Shown: one piece after another, positions 24,369 through 35,796 of the stretch
Numbering within the stretch: position 1 is the first letter of the stretch
Layout of the letters: each line of letters begins with the position of its first letter
Origin: Alloascoidea hylecoeti
Lineage: Eukaryota
Assembly: GCA_001600815.1 (NCBI GenBank)
Contig: BCKZ01000023.1
Location: forward strand, 62,001 to 126,000
Direction: 5' to 3'
DNA length: 64,000 bases
Made by a program: the position numbers and the translations under genes
Notes under the pieces: generated by a model
What the model saw: the letters and a program-made list of their open reading frames with translations, nothing else
Databases searched by the model: none
Told to the model about the DNA's origin: nothing

Positions 24369-25814
24369 ATGTCAGCTAGAAATACCAAATTATCCAATAT
24401 TCTCTCTCAATTTTCTCCTTTACCTTCATCCGTAAGAAAAAGGAATGATGACGATATAAAGAAGAATCCACCCAAACCTTTAAATCTAAGTAAAACTTTA
24501 CGAATACTTGCACCATCATCAAAAAATCAAAACAATTCAAATGAAAAGAATAACAAAACTATTGCTTACTTTACTGAAATAAAAAATAAACGATTTTATT
24601 CCGTTCCATCATCCTCAGCATCACGAGAAACAAATAATACTTCATCAGCATCAACTATAACAAACTCATCTCTTTATCTTCCTTTAAGCAGGTATCACTT
24701 ATTATTAAGAATTTCAACTTATAATTCTTCAAATTGGAATATATCTGATGACTCAATTATATCTTCATTAGAATGCTCACGGTATGGCTGGGAAGCAAGT
24801 AAGAATGGTATAAATACAATCTCATGCTGTTGTTGTTATAAAAAATTAATCTTTAATTTGGATTTTTCATCAAAAAATATTATTTTTGATAACTTAACTG
24901 ATGATGAAGAAGAAGAAGGAAATGGAGAAGAAGACAGGGAAGTTCAAATTTTATATGAGAAATATCATGAGTTATTGGTTTTGGGTCATAGTGATACTTG
25001 TCCTTGGAAATTATATCCATCTCCTTTGAAAATATATAATATTGATATGTCAATGATTAATAAGCCCTTATTGTCTTTAACTTCAGATACCAACAGCTTG
25101 ACAAATAACGATAAATATAGTAATAATAATAATGATGACGAAGACGATTATTTGAAATTTATAAATAATTGGAAAAGATTTATTGATACTGATTTAAAGT
25201 TTCCGATTGATGTTTTGAATTATCCATCCATTTTAAATAATGAAATAACAGATGATTTTTTATTAAGAACATTCAAGTCAATTTTTGATAACGATAATAG
25301 CAATGACAAACATCATTGTAAAAGATATATTAAAGAAAATTTTGAATTCTATAAAAGCTCATTTATACTTTCATTATTTGGTTGGTCATTAAGCTCAAAA
25401 CAATTATCATCATCAATACAATTAGTTTCATGTCAAGCATGTAATAGAAGAGCACCATTGAATTTATCTTTAAATACTGAAAATAATGATTTGATTGGTT
25501 TGGCTGGTATAATTGGTTTAGAAGATGATGGAGATTCAGATTTAGATAGTAGATTCAATGTTATTAAAGAACACAAATGTTACTGTTTTTTCGTTAAGAG
25601 TTATGGGAATGAAAAAATAACATCAATTACTACGTCTGGTTGGGAGAAACTTCTTTTATTGATAAAGATTAGGAATTCAAAGCGGTACCTTGACATTAAA
25701 TTAAAAAGAAAATCAAGTTATCATGACGATGACAATTCTAACTCGATGGAGAAGAGCATGGAAAGGTTACAAAAATTGAGGAAGTTATATATGGGAAATA
25801 TTTTCAAGGAATAA
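24369..25814 (+). CDS. C3HC zinc-finger protein of the Pml39/Rsm1/NIPA family
   Basis: CSRYGW..ISCCCC..H..TCPW first finger; LFGW..VSCQACNRR..FNVIKEHKCYCFF second (Rsm1-like) finger. Confidence 0.75.
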   Translation: MSARNTKLSNILSQFSPLPSSVRKRNDDDIKKNPPKPLNLSKTLRILAPSSKNQNNSNEKNNKTIAYFTEIKNKRFYSVPSSSASRETNNTSSASTITNSSLYLPLSRYHLLLRISTYNSSNWNISDDSIISSLECSRYGWEASKNGINTISCCCCYKKLIFNLDFSSKNIIFDNLTDDEEEEGNGEEDREVQILYEKYHELLVLGHSDTCPWKLYPSPLKIYNIDMSMINKPLLSLTSDTNSLTNNDKYSNNNNDDEDDYLKFINNWKRFIDTDLKFPIDVLNYPSILNNEITDDFLLRTFKSIFDNDNSNDKHHCKRYIKENFEFYKSSFILSLFGWSLSSKQLSSSIQLVSCQACNRRAPLNLSLNTENNDLIGLAGIIGLEDDGDSDLDSRFNVIKEHKCYCFFVKSYGNEKITSITTSGWEKLLLLIKIRNSKRYLDIKLKRKSSYHDDDNSNSMEKSMERLQKLRKLYMGNIFKE

Positions 25815-25920
25815 ATGAATGAATATTTGTATTTATATTTCTATTTGTATTTATATCATCTATTGTAACACGTGACAATATCTAGAATTTTGCATTGAAC
25901 ATCAAATTTATAATTACTAG

Positions 25921-26616
<696 letters not shown>

Positions 26617-26719
26617 TTAGCTCTCAACAACCTTACATCAAGAAGTAGCAAAACAAATAAATTTGAATTTTGATTTAGAATTATAAATATTTATATAAAT
26701 TCAATAAATTTAATGAAAA

Positions 26720-27871
26720 ATGTCGGGTGGAATGCAATATATTCCAAATAGTAAGAGTGCAAATAGTAAGAGTGCAAGAAAAGAATTAGGGGAAATACTG
26801 GATTACCTGGATTTTAATTATCAAAAAAACTTAGCCCTACATTTATTATCAACTCATCTAATCCATAATAAGACTCCTAGGTTTCCTGAAAGATCATGGT
26901 CTTCATGGCCTATGTCAATAACCGAATCAATTTCTGAACCAAATATGAGATTGTATATTGATGAAGATGATCCTTTTAATGAATTAAATCAAAATGGTTC
27001 AAACTCTTATTTTCAAATACCACCTTTTAAAAGGTCAGAAATGGAACTTCAATGTGAATTAAATGCTTTTTATCAAAGAATTATCTATAATCAAATATTT
27101 AAACATAATGAAGTGTTAAAACAAAGAAAAAGAAAAAGATTAGGTAATACAGAAGAAAACCATATCAATAGAATGAAATATGTAAAAAGAAGAAGAATTC
27201 ATCAGCCTGCTGCTCAGAATGATAGTGATGAAGAAGATAATAATGATAGTGATAATAATGGAGAGGTTGAAAATGATATTGTTGTTCCAATTGTATCTAA
27301 AACACCTAAACTTCAAACAGAATCAATTAATTCAATAACAGATATATTACAAAAGTTGCTCGAAAATCTATCTAAATCAAGAGAATATTTAATATCTAAT
27401 TTAAAAGACCCAAATCCAAACTTGAATTTAAAACCATCATTTAGTGCTAATCATATATCTCCATTTACGTGGGAAGATATAATCATAAATCTATTTGATA
27501 TAAATCCAAAATTAGCAGAAATTGTATTAAAAAGATGTAAACAAATTTTTCCAAACTCCGATTATGAATATAATGAAGAAGAGTTAAAAAATGCAAAACG
27601 GTTCAATCTATATGGTAGACTATCAACTCCTGAATTACAATTATCAAATAAGAAAGACGATGAACAGAAACAACAAGATCAAGAAGAAGAAAAAGAAGAA
27701 AAAGAAGAAAATATAAAAAATGAAAATGAAAATGAAAATGAAGGTGAAGGTGAAGATTTTAAAATAAGGAAAAGAATAGCGCTATCCGATATTTTAAAAA
27801 ATAGAAGAGTTTCCCATTTAAACAAGTTGAAAATCATTCAATTTAAGAGAAAATGCTTTGATATAAAATAA
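26720..27871 (+). CDS. RRN9: RNA Pol I upstream activating factor subunit Rrn9-like
   Basis: N-terminal LDYL....KNLALHLLSTHL...FPERSWSSWP resembles the Rrn9 domain (DLALHLY...PxxxWTAWP). Confidence 0.7.
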   Translation: MSGGMQYIPNSKSANSKSARKELGEILDYLDFNYQKNLALHLLSTHLIHNKTPRFPERSWSSWPMSITESISEPNMRLYIDEDDPFNELNQNGSNSYFQIPPFKRSEMELQCELNAFYQRIIYNQIFKHNEVLKQRKRKRLGNTEENHINRMKYVKRRRIHQPAAQNDSDEEDNNDSDNNGEVENDIVVPIVSKTPKLQTESINSITDILQKLLENLSKSREYLISNLKDPNPNLNLKPSFSANHISPFTWEDIIINLFDINPKLAEIVLKRCKQIFPNSDYEYNEEELKNAKRFNLYGRLSTPELQLSNKKDDEQKQQDQEEEKEEKEENIKNENENENEGEGEDFKIRKRIALSDILKNRRVSHLNKLKIIQFKRKCFDIK

Positions 27872-28959
27872 TAAATCTACGAACCTGTGATTCAAACTTG
27901 TACCTTTATAATTACATATATAATAAACTACCAATAATATTTATTGTCAATTGGCCAATTATTTTGAACACTTTTTATTATACAGTATTTCCACTCTCAA
28001 TTCGGCCACTCTCTGGGTGAGTTTTCGGCCCATGATGCACCATTATTCGTCCATATGATGAATTATATTCAGCCTCATATCGCTTTATTTAGAGTTGTTT
28101 AATTCCGTTGGGTTTCAAATCTGATGGTGACCTCAACCCGCTATTTATATTTTGCTCGGTATAGCTGTTGGTTTCGCTGGTTATGTGGAATCTGTTGTAT
28201 CTGGCCGAATATTATTTAGTGCACTATATGGCCGAAATTAAGTAAAAAGACAGTATTCCCAACTATTTTGCAATACTGTTTACCAAATTTTCTCTCTTCG
28301 TAATCATAACTTTAATTTTAATATCATTTTTTCATTATTGTAAAGTTGTACCTCGATAACGACTATGAACTCAAACCAGCTTTAAAAAGTACCAAATTCA
28401 CTCTTATTCGTTCTTCGCTCCGCCTAATGTAATGTGTACACTTAATTTAGGCCACTATTGTCTTAAATATTAGGTCACCATGGATGAGTAATTATCAAGC
28501 ACCACCTACACAATAATAAAAAATGGTAAGAAATGCCTAAATAGTTGTTAACATCCTGAAAAAATCATCGAAATACTATAACACAAGTAGGAAAATTACT
28601 ACATCAAAAGTTAAGAAGTGTAGTACAAAAATACATAGCAAGATCAACTATCATTGCATGTAATATTTTTTCAAAAAGAAATAGCAGATATCGACATGTA
28701 GTAAAATTTCAATTCAATGATCTTTTGATATAGACCACCATTTTTGTAGTTGACTAGCTATTAGCTGATAATACTACAATGGTATTATTCAAAATTTGTC
28801 ACAAATAGAATTTCTCTATTTGAGATTCCTGATTCACAAAACTGTTTTATAATTAAATAATTAGATTTAGACTTTATCTTTAATATAATTATCAATATTT
28901 ATTTATAACCGGTTTACAAAACATAAGTAATCTGTCAACGTAGATAAAATAATTATAAA

Positions 28960-30530
28960 ATGGGAGACAATAAGTCAAGTACGTCTAGAAACACGGCTAA
29001 TAGCCTAGATGCTCAAATGGATGAAATGACATCAAGATTTGAAGTTCTTGAGAACAAGCTTAAATCCATCAACGAATATCAGGACATCTTTAACTTCATA
29101 AATATGAACAATAAAACTGACATTGATAATGATAATGATAAGGTGAACCAGATTGATGAAGATTTTAAAACTATAAAGGATAACGATCCTGAAACCATTA
29201 AGGATCACTTTATTTATGGTATTTGTGACAAAAGCAATCTTCCTAAAGTTATCCTCCCATTTAATCAAACTTGGAGTTCAATTCAACCATCACCAATAAT
29301 CAGTCCAAAGAACCAACTGTTTATCCCCTTTTCAACAGACATCTTTCATTCTGATCCAAAGAAAAGTCCCCAGCCCACAAATATGAAATCCGACGATGAA
29401 TTACAAAATAATGGTAAAACAAAATCGAACATGGAATTTTCTGTTTCGGATCCCGTTTTTGGTGATGATATTCCATCGACTTGGTTGGAGATGACACCTA
29501 TTGAGTCGGTTTCTCATAATGATCTTACTGACGATAATGTTAATTCATTGGAATCGCCTCCTGAATTCGTTAAGTTGAAGGATATGGAGTCTTATGGAGG
29601 TATTCATAACTATATTTGACTCTGTTAAATGTAATGCAGAAGCTCTTGGATTATTAAACGAACATCTTTATTATAAAATATCAGAAGTATCTAATTCTTC
29701 TCATAAAAAACCTTCATATTTTACGATTAATGAGTTCAAATAGTTTATCAAAAGAAGATACAATAAATATTAGAAATTCAGAAATAATTGATCAAATTAT
29801 TAAATGTTTAATTGAAAGATATAAAATTCATTTAAAAAATTTATTTGAAATTTATAAATATCTTTTATCAAAAAAATTAAATATTAATATGAATAAAAAT
29901 CAAATTTTTTTGATGATGTTGATTGTAAATTTTTATTATTAAATTAAAAAGAATGCGTGAAGAAATTTCCGATAAAATTAAAATTAATTTATTTGGATCA
30001 ATTTGGATTGAAGATGAATATAAGTTAATTAATACTAAAATATGATATTTAAATGATTGTGAGTATGTAACTGGTTATGATCCAAAATATAAAGATCTTT
30101 GTGAAAGAATTAGGACAAAAATTATTGGTATATCATTATTTTATTCGAATAAAATAATATAAATTGAATGATAAAACAAAGAAAAATGATGAAATTAAAC
30201 TAAAACCTTTATCATCATCAAAAGCGATTTAGAAGTTTCTGATTTAAATGAATTCTCTTATATCATCCAAAAGTACCGATTCTTCAGCTACATTAACATG
30301 AAGCAAAGATCCTAAATTACCACAGTCTGATATTCTCAAGAAAAAGAAGGAATTCTCAAATGAAACGATGTTGAAATTGACAGAAGCCATTAAAATCTCA
30401 CCAACCCCCAATGTATCAACTACAACGGCAATTAGTAGTGATAAAAATTTGGATATTCCTGATTTTGATGAGAAATCGTCATCCCCAAAGAAAGATGTTA
30501 GCCGGCTCAAAAAAAATTGGAACAGTTAAA
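28960..30530 (+). pseudogene. Orphan gene with an intact 219-codon 5' part and a frameshifted, stop-riddled continuation
   Basis: Coding-like peptide continues past the TGA at 29619 in shifting frames (IFDSVKCNAEALGLLNEHLYY, IIDQIIKCLIERYKIHL, KINLFGSIWIEDEY, CEYVTGYDPKYKDLCERIR) to about 30528. Confidence 0.55.
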
Positions 30531-30980
30531 GTGAAAGATTCTGTTGTGAGTGACGACGTCGATAACATATATTTACACACTTTTTATATACTTCTTATAT
30601 TTTGCTTTGTTGCAGTATTGTGGTAACTTAAACAATACACTTTTTCATATAACCTTTTATCATATATTATCTTAACAATTCATATTATGTTTTATATATA
30701 TATACACATTTTTATTATATATGCAAACAACGACAAGCACTGAGCTATATAAATAGCGGTTGTGGTTGAACTCATATATGCATGTAGCTATAAGTTCAAA
30801 ATTTATTTGAAAAATGGGAAGATGTTAATTAGAAACCAATTTATTTTGAATGATGATGGCCGGATTTCATATTCCAAGCTTAAGATAAAATATAACATTA
30901 TACTAACATAATACAAAAACAATGATAACATTAATTGTGAGAGAGAAATTACAAGTAGTTATCTAAAATGTTGTTTAAAT

Positions 30981-32483
30981 TTAAACGCTCTTATCAATCT
31001 CTTCAATAGTAGTCTTTTCAACCTCTTCATCACCAAACCGCCCCTCCCAACCGTTTTCACGTAAATATTTCTCAAATCTAGCATCTTCAGCTCCCAAATC
31101 TTCATCCAGTAAATGAGGTATACACAAATAAGCAATTAAAACCCCAGATAAACCACAGATAGCACAAATTATAAATGTCCAACCTTTTCCTAGACGATCT
31201 AAAACTATTTGAAAAACATAGGTTCCAACAACACTACCCACCTTACCGATTGCAGCAGATAAACCATAACATGTCCCTCTTACAGCAGTAGCATATGATT
31301 CTGAAGCTGAAAGACCTAAACAATCACCAGGTCCCATATTACCGAAAGACATAAAGACACCATAAAAGATAATAAATAATGGTACGATTTTTACAATTTT
31401 ATTGAATGCAATACCAATAATCAATCCAAATATGATATAACCTGTGAAACCAAGCATCATTGTATATTTTCTACCAATTTTATCAACTAATATAGCACCA
31501 ATGAAAACACCAGGTAATGAAATTATATTTAATAATAATGTCCATTCAGCAACTCTTTTAATATCAGTTGTTTTAAGAGCCGTTGAAATAATTGTAGCTG
31601 AAAAGATACCATTTGCAAAAGCAACAACATCATATAAAAACCAAGCACCACATGTACCTAATAGTCTAACCCAATAAAATTTAAAAGTTAATATATATGG
31701 AACATATTGCTTTCTAATTGCACCTTTTGCATATAATTTTGAAGTTTTCATTTTTAAACGGAAAAAGAAAACAGATAATGGCCATATTATGCCTAATCCA
31801 AACATAACTCTCCATAAAGTAACATTAACACCTCCAGTAGCTGAAAAGACAATTAAAAATATTATAAGTGCAAATGGTCCACCTAATGATAATGGGAAAT
31901 TTGTAACCATTATGAATACACCACCACGATGCTTTGAGGAGATACTTTCATTTGCAGCTTCTGAAGCAGAAGCAGAAGATGTTGGATATTCACCACCTGC
32001 CCCAAAACCAATTATTCCACGAGACACAATAATCATCCAGAACATACCAAGAGTAGTTGAACCATGAGAAGCAGTTGCAAGAATTGATCCAATAACTATG
32101 AATAAAGTAGTTGCAACAAATGCAAATTTTCGACCATAATAATCACAGGTTAGTCCAACAATAATTTGACCTATGACCATTCCAACTAGAACCGAATTTG
32201 AAACCTGTGTTTTTAATGATTTTGTGTATGTTTCTGGATACAGCTTTTGAAAGACGAGATTAAGGATTGACATTACATTGTTTTGATAACCATCTGATAT
32301 AAGGGCAAATCCAGCACATAAGATGGTGAAAATATCAGAAGCGGTTCTTTTCTTTTTAGTGCTAATATTGAGATCATCTGATGGTGGAATGTTGGTAATT
32401 GGATTAGTATAAGTATCCTCTGATATTAAGACCCCATTTTTTGGATCTAATTTGGAGGATGAGGTTGAAACTGAAGCGGCCAT
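30981..32483 (-). CDS. GIT1: Glycerophosphodiester (glycerophosphoinositol) MFS permease
   Basis: FALISDGYQNN, DYYGRK, GAGGEYP, ESYATAVRGTCYGLSAAIGKVG, D..FEKYLRENGW. Confidence 0.88.
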   Translation of the reverse strand: MAASVSTSSSKLDPKNGVLISEDTYTNPITNIPPSDDLNISTKKKRTASDIFTILCAGFALISDGYQNNVMSILNLVFQKLYPETYTKSLKTQVSNSVLVGMVIGQIIVGLTCDYYGRKFAFVATTLFIVIGSILATASHGSTTLGMFWMIIVSRGIIGFGAGGEYPTSSASASEAANESISSKHRGGVFIMVTNFPLSLGGPFALIIFLIVFSATGGVNVTLWRVMFGLGIIWPLSVFFFRLKMKTSKLYAKGAIRKQYVPYILTFKFYWVRLLGTCGAWFLYDVVAFANGIFSATIISTALKTTDIKRVAEWTLLLNIISLPGVFIGAILVDKIGRKYTMMLGFTGYIIFGLIIGIAFNKIVKIVPLFIIFYGVFMSFGNMGPGDCLGLSASESYATAVRGTCYGLSAAIGKVGSVVGTYVFQIVLDRLGKGWTFIICAICGLSGVLIAYLCIPHLLDEDLGAEDARFEKYLRENGWEGRFGDEEVEKTTIEEIDKSV

Positions 32484-32725
32484 TTTAAGCTATCAAAAGA
32501 TAAAACTTCACAGCTACAGCTAAAGTGGATGAACGGATAATCAGAAGTGGGGAAATGAAGCATTTTATAATATTTACGGTTGCACCTTTAAGATTTATAG
32601 TTGCAACTGTACTTCCGCTATCTCTAATATATTTACAGGCGCCGCATTAATAATACCTTATAAAGTTTTATATACTGGGAAAAAAAGCATATATATCAGC
32701 GCCAATTACCATCAAATATGAGGAG

Positions 32726-32781
32726 CACGTGCGTGTTGCTGAAATATATTTTGAGGTTAAAATATTTATGAGAAACACGTT
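32726..32781. promoter_or_regulatory. Pho4-type E-boxes upstream of GIT1
   Basis: GCACGTGC (core 32726-32731) and CACGTT (32776-32781), 240-300 bp upstream of the ATG of a gene family known to respond to phosphate starvation. Confidence 0.5.
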
Positions 32782-34908
32782 TAACGGCTAAGATATCTTG
32801 ACGCATCTTCGACCCAGATTGGTGTTCTGCATGCATAAGACCGTTTAGCCTGGCACGTATATTATACGACTTCATACAAGCTAAAGCCAAATATGCCGTA
32901 TCTATGAATATGTTTTTTTACAATATTTCCACTCTGAATTGAGTACCTGTTGGGGGAAGTCCTCGGTGGGTGTGTCCCATTGTGTGGGTATATTTTCGGC
33001 ACCAGCCGCACTACCAAAAACTAAGCTTAACCTATTTCAGTCATCATCAGATTCATCACCCAGTGTTGTTCTCGGAGATAACCTCAAACAATTGTGCATA
33101 AAATGACTACTCCTTTATTGTGGAATAACGAATTAATATTCCCAAACCCACCAAATTGTAACTTAAATGAGATACTAAATTGATGCTGAGCTATTACCCA
33201 AGGTGTAGTTCAAACATGCCAAAAACAAAATATTGATACCGAACTTTTGATTCCACGAAAATACAACCATATACCATACCGCCATAAATTTCTTCCCACC
33301 TGTATAATTATAACTATGATGATCTAAACTAAAGTGTGTGTGTGGTATTTAGATAACCTAGATAATGTAATGGATTTGCTTATATTGACAAAACCAATTT
33401 ATCCATTTAACAAATTAAACTGAGCTTGCAATTGGGTCAAATGATGAAATGTATTTATCATTTTAAGCCAAATGCCGATATTTAATTGTTTAGTTCCTAT
33501 TGGACGAACTTGGTTAACTAAATTTGCCTCGCGTGGATGACCATTATTTACATCGAATTGTTTTTACCCAGACAACTAATATGATGGATTGATTATAGTG
33601 AAATGTATTTTTCGATTGCACCTAATAGCAACTTTTTATAATTTAACATTCAAAATGCAGCATGTTAATTTTCGCACGGAATTATATTTGCAATACCCTT
33701 ATACTTAACTACAAGCGACCTCACTGTGTCTAATGGAGGTGTACTTGGCCGTGAGTCGAGCATCTATCTATACTAGGAATCTTAATATGAATAATCTAAG
33801 TACTAGTTTTACGTGCCTTATGAATCTGCGTAAAACTATAAAATTTTTGAAGGTTTATTTCCAGAGGATCGATGCTCTTTTGTTTAAATCAGTGAACGTC
33901 ACACTTCTTATAATTTAACATATTAAAAATGTTGCTGCTTTTGTATACACAAATGCTATACCGGTATATGAAGAGAAGAAAATATTTCAGTTAATCCTTA
34001 CTATCGAATCAGGGTATTTTTCATGTTCGCACATTGTAATAATAATCTAAGTTAATATTTAATTAGTTAATAGGGTGGCAGGAATTTATTATCTTAGATC
34101 ATAATACTTTACCCGCCACCTTATTCTTGTTCCTTCACAAGTTATATAATTACTAGTTGTGCTTCAATTAAATATTTGCAGTCTTGTTTTATATATACAT
34201 ATGTCATTTATTGAAAAGATCATCATTTAAATTTTGGACGTATTCATTTAAATTATGAGTATTAGTAGGAACTAACAATATGTAGATGTGGCGCTACACT
34301 GGGTAAATATGAATCCAAAGAAAAAAGCTTCCTTTTTTAGAGCTTCAATTGGGAAATCTAAAATGATCCGTGGTGGAGTTCATGTCTAAATTTAACATTA
34401 CGGCTCGACTGCAGATCTACATATCGTATAGTTATAACTTATAGAATATGAAGAGCACCTTTATTTCCTTTTTGGGACTAAAATTGTTACCCTCCTTCAA
34501 GCTTCGTTAAACTTCTCAGTCACAAACTCCAACCTACTGTAATCGCGAAGGGCAAATAAAATCTCTTTCTTCCCTCTCTTTTCGTGGTGTTAATCAGCAT
34601 TACTAATCATATACTAGGATAATGACCAAAGGCAACTAAGCTGATGGCTAACACCACAAGCTTAAGGTGTTACTTTAAACTTTATTTTACCCCTCTACAT
34701 TATCTAATTTTAGCTTAAAAAAATATTAATATTAATAGTTATATAATTACAACCTTTGAAAACAAAATTGAGGGATTAGAGAGACATATATAAAATGATC
34801 ATACAATCTATGAATAATATAAATTCGAACAATATAAAAATACAATTGCAATAAATGTTCCAAAAAAAGAGTTAAATGCAAACCATAATTCCGAAATATT
34901 AATATAAA

Positions 34909-35340
34909 CTATTCTCGTTTTGGTAAACCAATGGTTAGTAAACCTTTGTCATTATCAAATGAATACCAAATTCTATATTCTTCTCTTTCTTGCCATAGAA
35001 TTTCTTTCGGTAGTTGAATTGAATACATTATTCTAATACTTTTTTTAGGTACTGGTAAAAACTTTATGATATTTTTATTTATTTTCCCATCAACAACTAT
35101 AACTCTTGTTTCTGGATATGAATATAATTCCACTATAGACAAATTTTCATGTGATATTGATATATTGAAGATATAGTAACTTTTACCTGTATTATTGTAA
35201 TTGTTATCAAGTTTGATATCAGATAACGATATCTTGATAATCTTTGTTTCAAGATCTTGTAAACCTTGTAGCTTAAAAGTTCTTAATAAGCCTTTTGCCT
35301 TCTCTAGTGTTCCTAGACTTGAAGTAAATGTGTTTGTCAT
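34909..35340 (-). CDS. Divergent small heat-shock protein (alpha-crystallin/HSP20-like), 143 aa
   Basis: Beta-rich pattern YYIFNISI..VIVVDGK..YSIQLPKEI..and terminal DKGLLTIGLPK matching the HSP20 GxLxIxLPK signature. Confidence 0.6.
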   Translation of the reverse strand: MTNTFTSSLGTLEKAKGLLRTFKLQGLQDLETKIIKISLSDIKLDNNYNNTGKSYYIFNISISHENLSIVELYSYPETRVIVVDGKINKNIIKFLPVPKKSIRIMYSIQLPKEILWQEREEYRIWYSFDNDKGLLTIGLPKRE

Positions 35341-35796
35341 TATCTATAATTTGTGAGATAAATAAAAATGTATGATTAAAAGAAAGAAGTTGATAATGGA
35401 AGTTATGTCTTTTATATAGACGTTTGCGTATCTTATATTGAATGATAGGCCTGATCATAACAGATTTAAGCCTCTATCCATTAAATAATATTCCCCCTAA
35501 GTATCCAAACATAGAAATTGTGTATGAGTAATTATCTATAATATACCAACGTGAGTTGTTACTACTCATAAAGAATACATTAGTAATTGACTAAATGAAT
35601 TCAACATCATTTGTATATGCATATGGTCATATATATTATATACACTAAATAATATCCTTTATAATAACAATATGTGATGTAATTGTGTTGGTTGAATGAC
35701 AATTGAACGTTTGACACAACGTTAACGTTTTTTCTAAGGTCTCTTTCTCCGTTATGTTGTTTAATATAATTATGCTTCTAAATATCAATTTTTAAA

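Noticed and set aside
34270..34540. Coding-like fragment (CRCGATLGKYESKEKSFLF)
   Set aside because: Too short and interrupted to assign a family by eye
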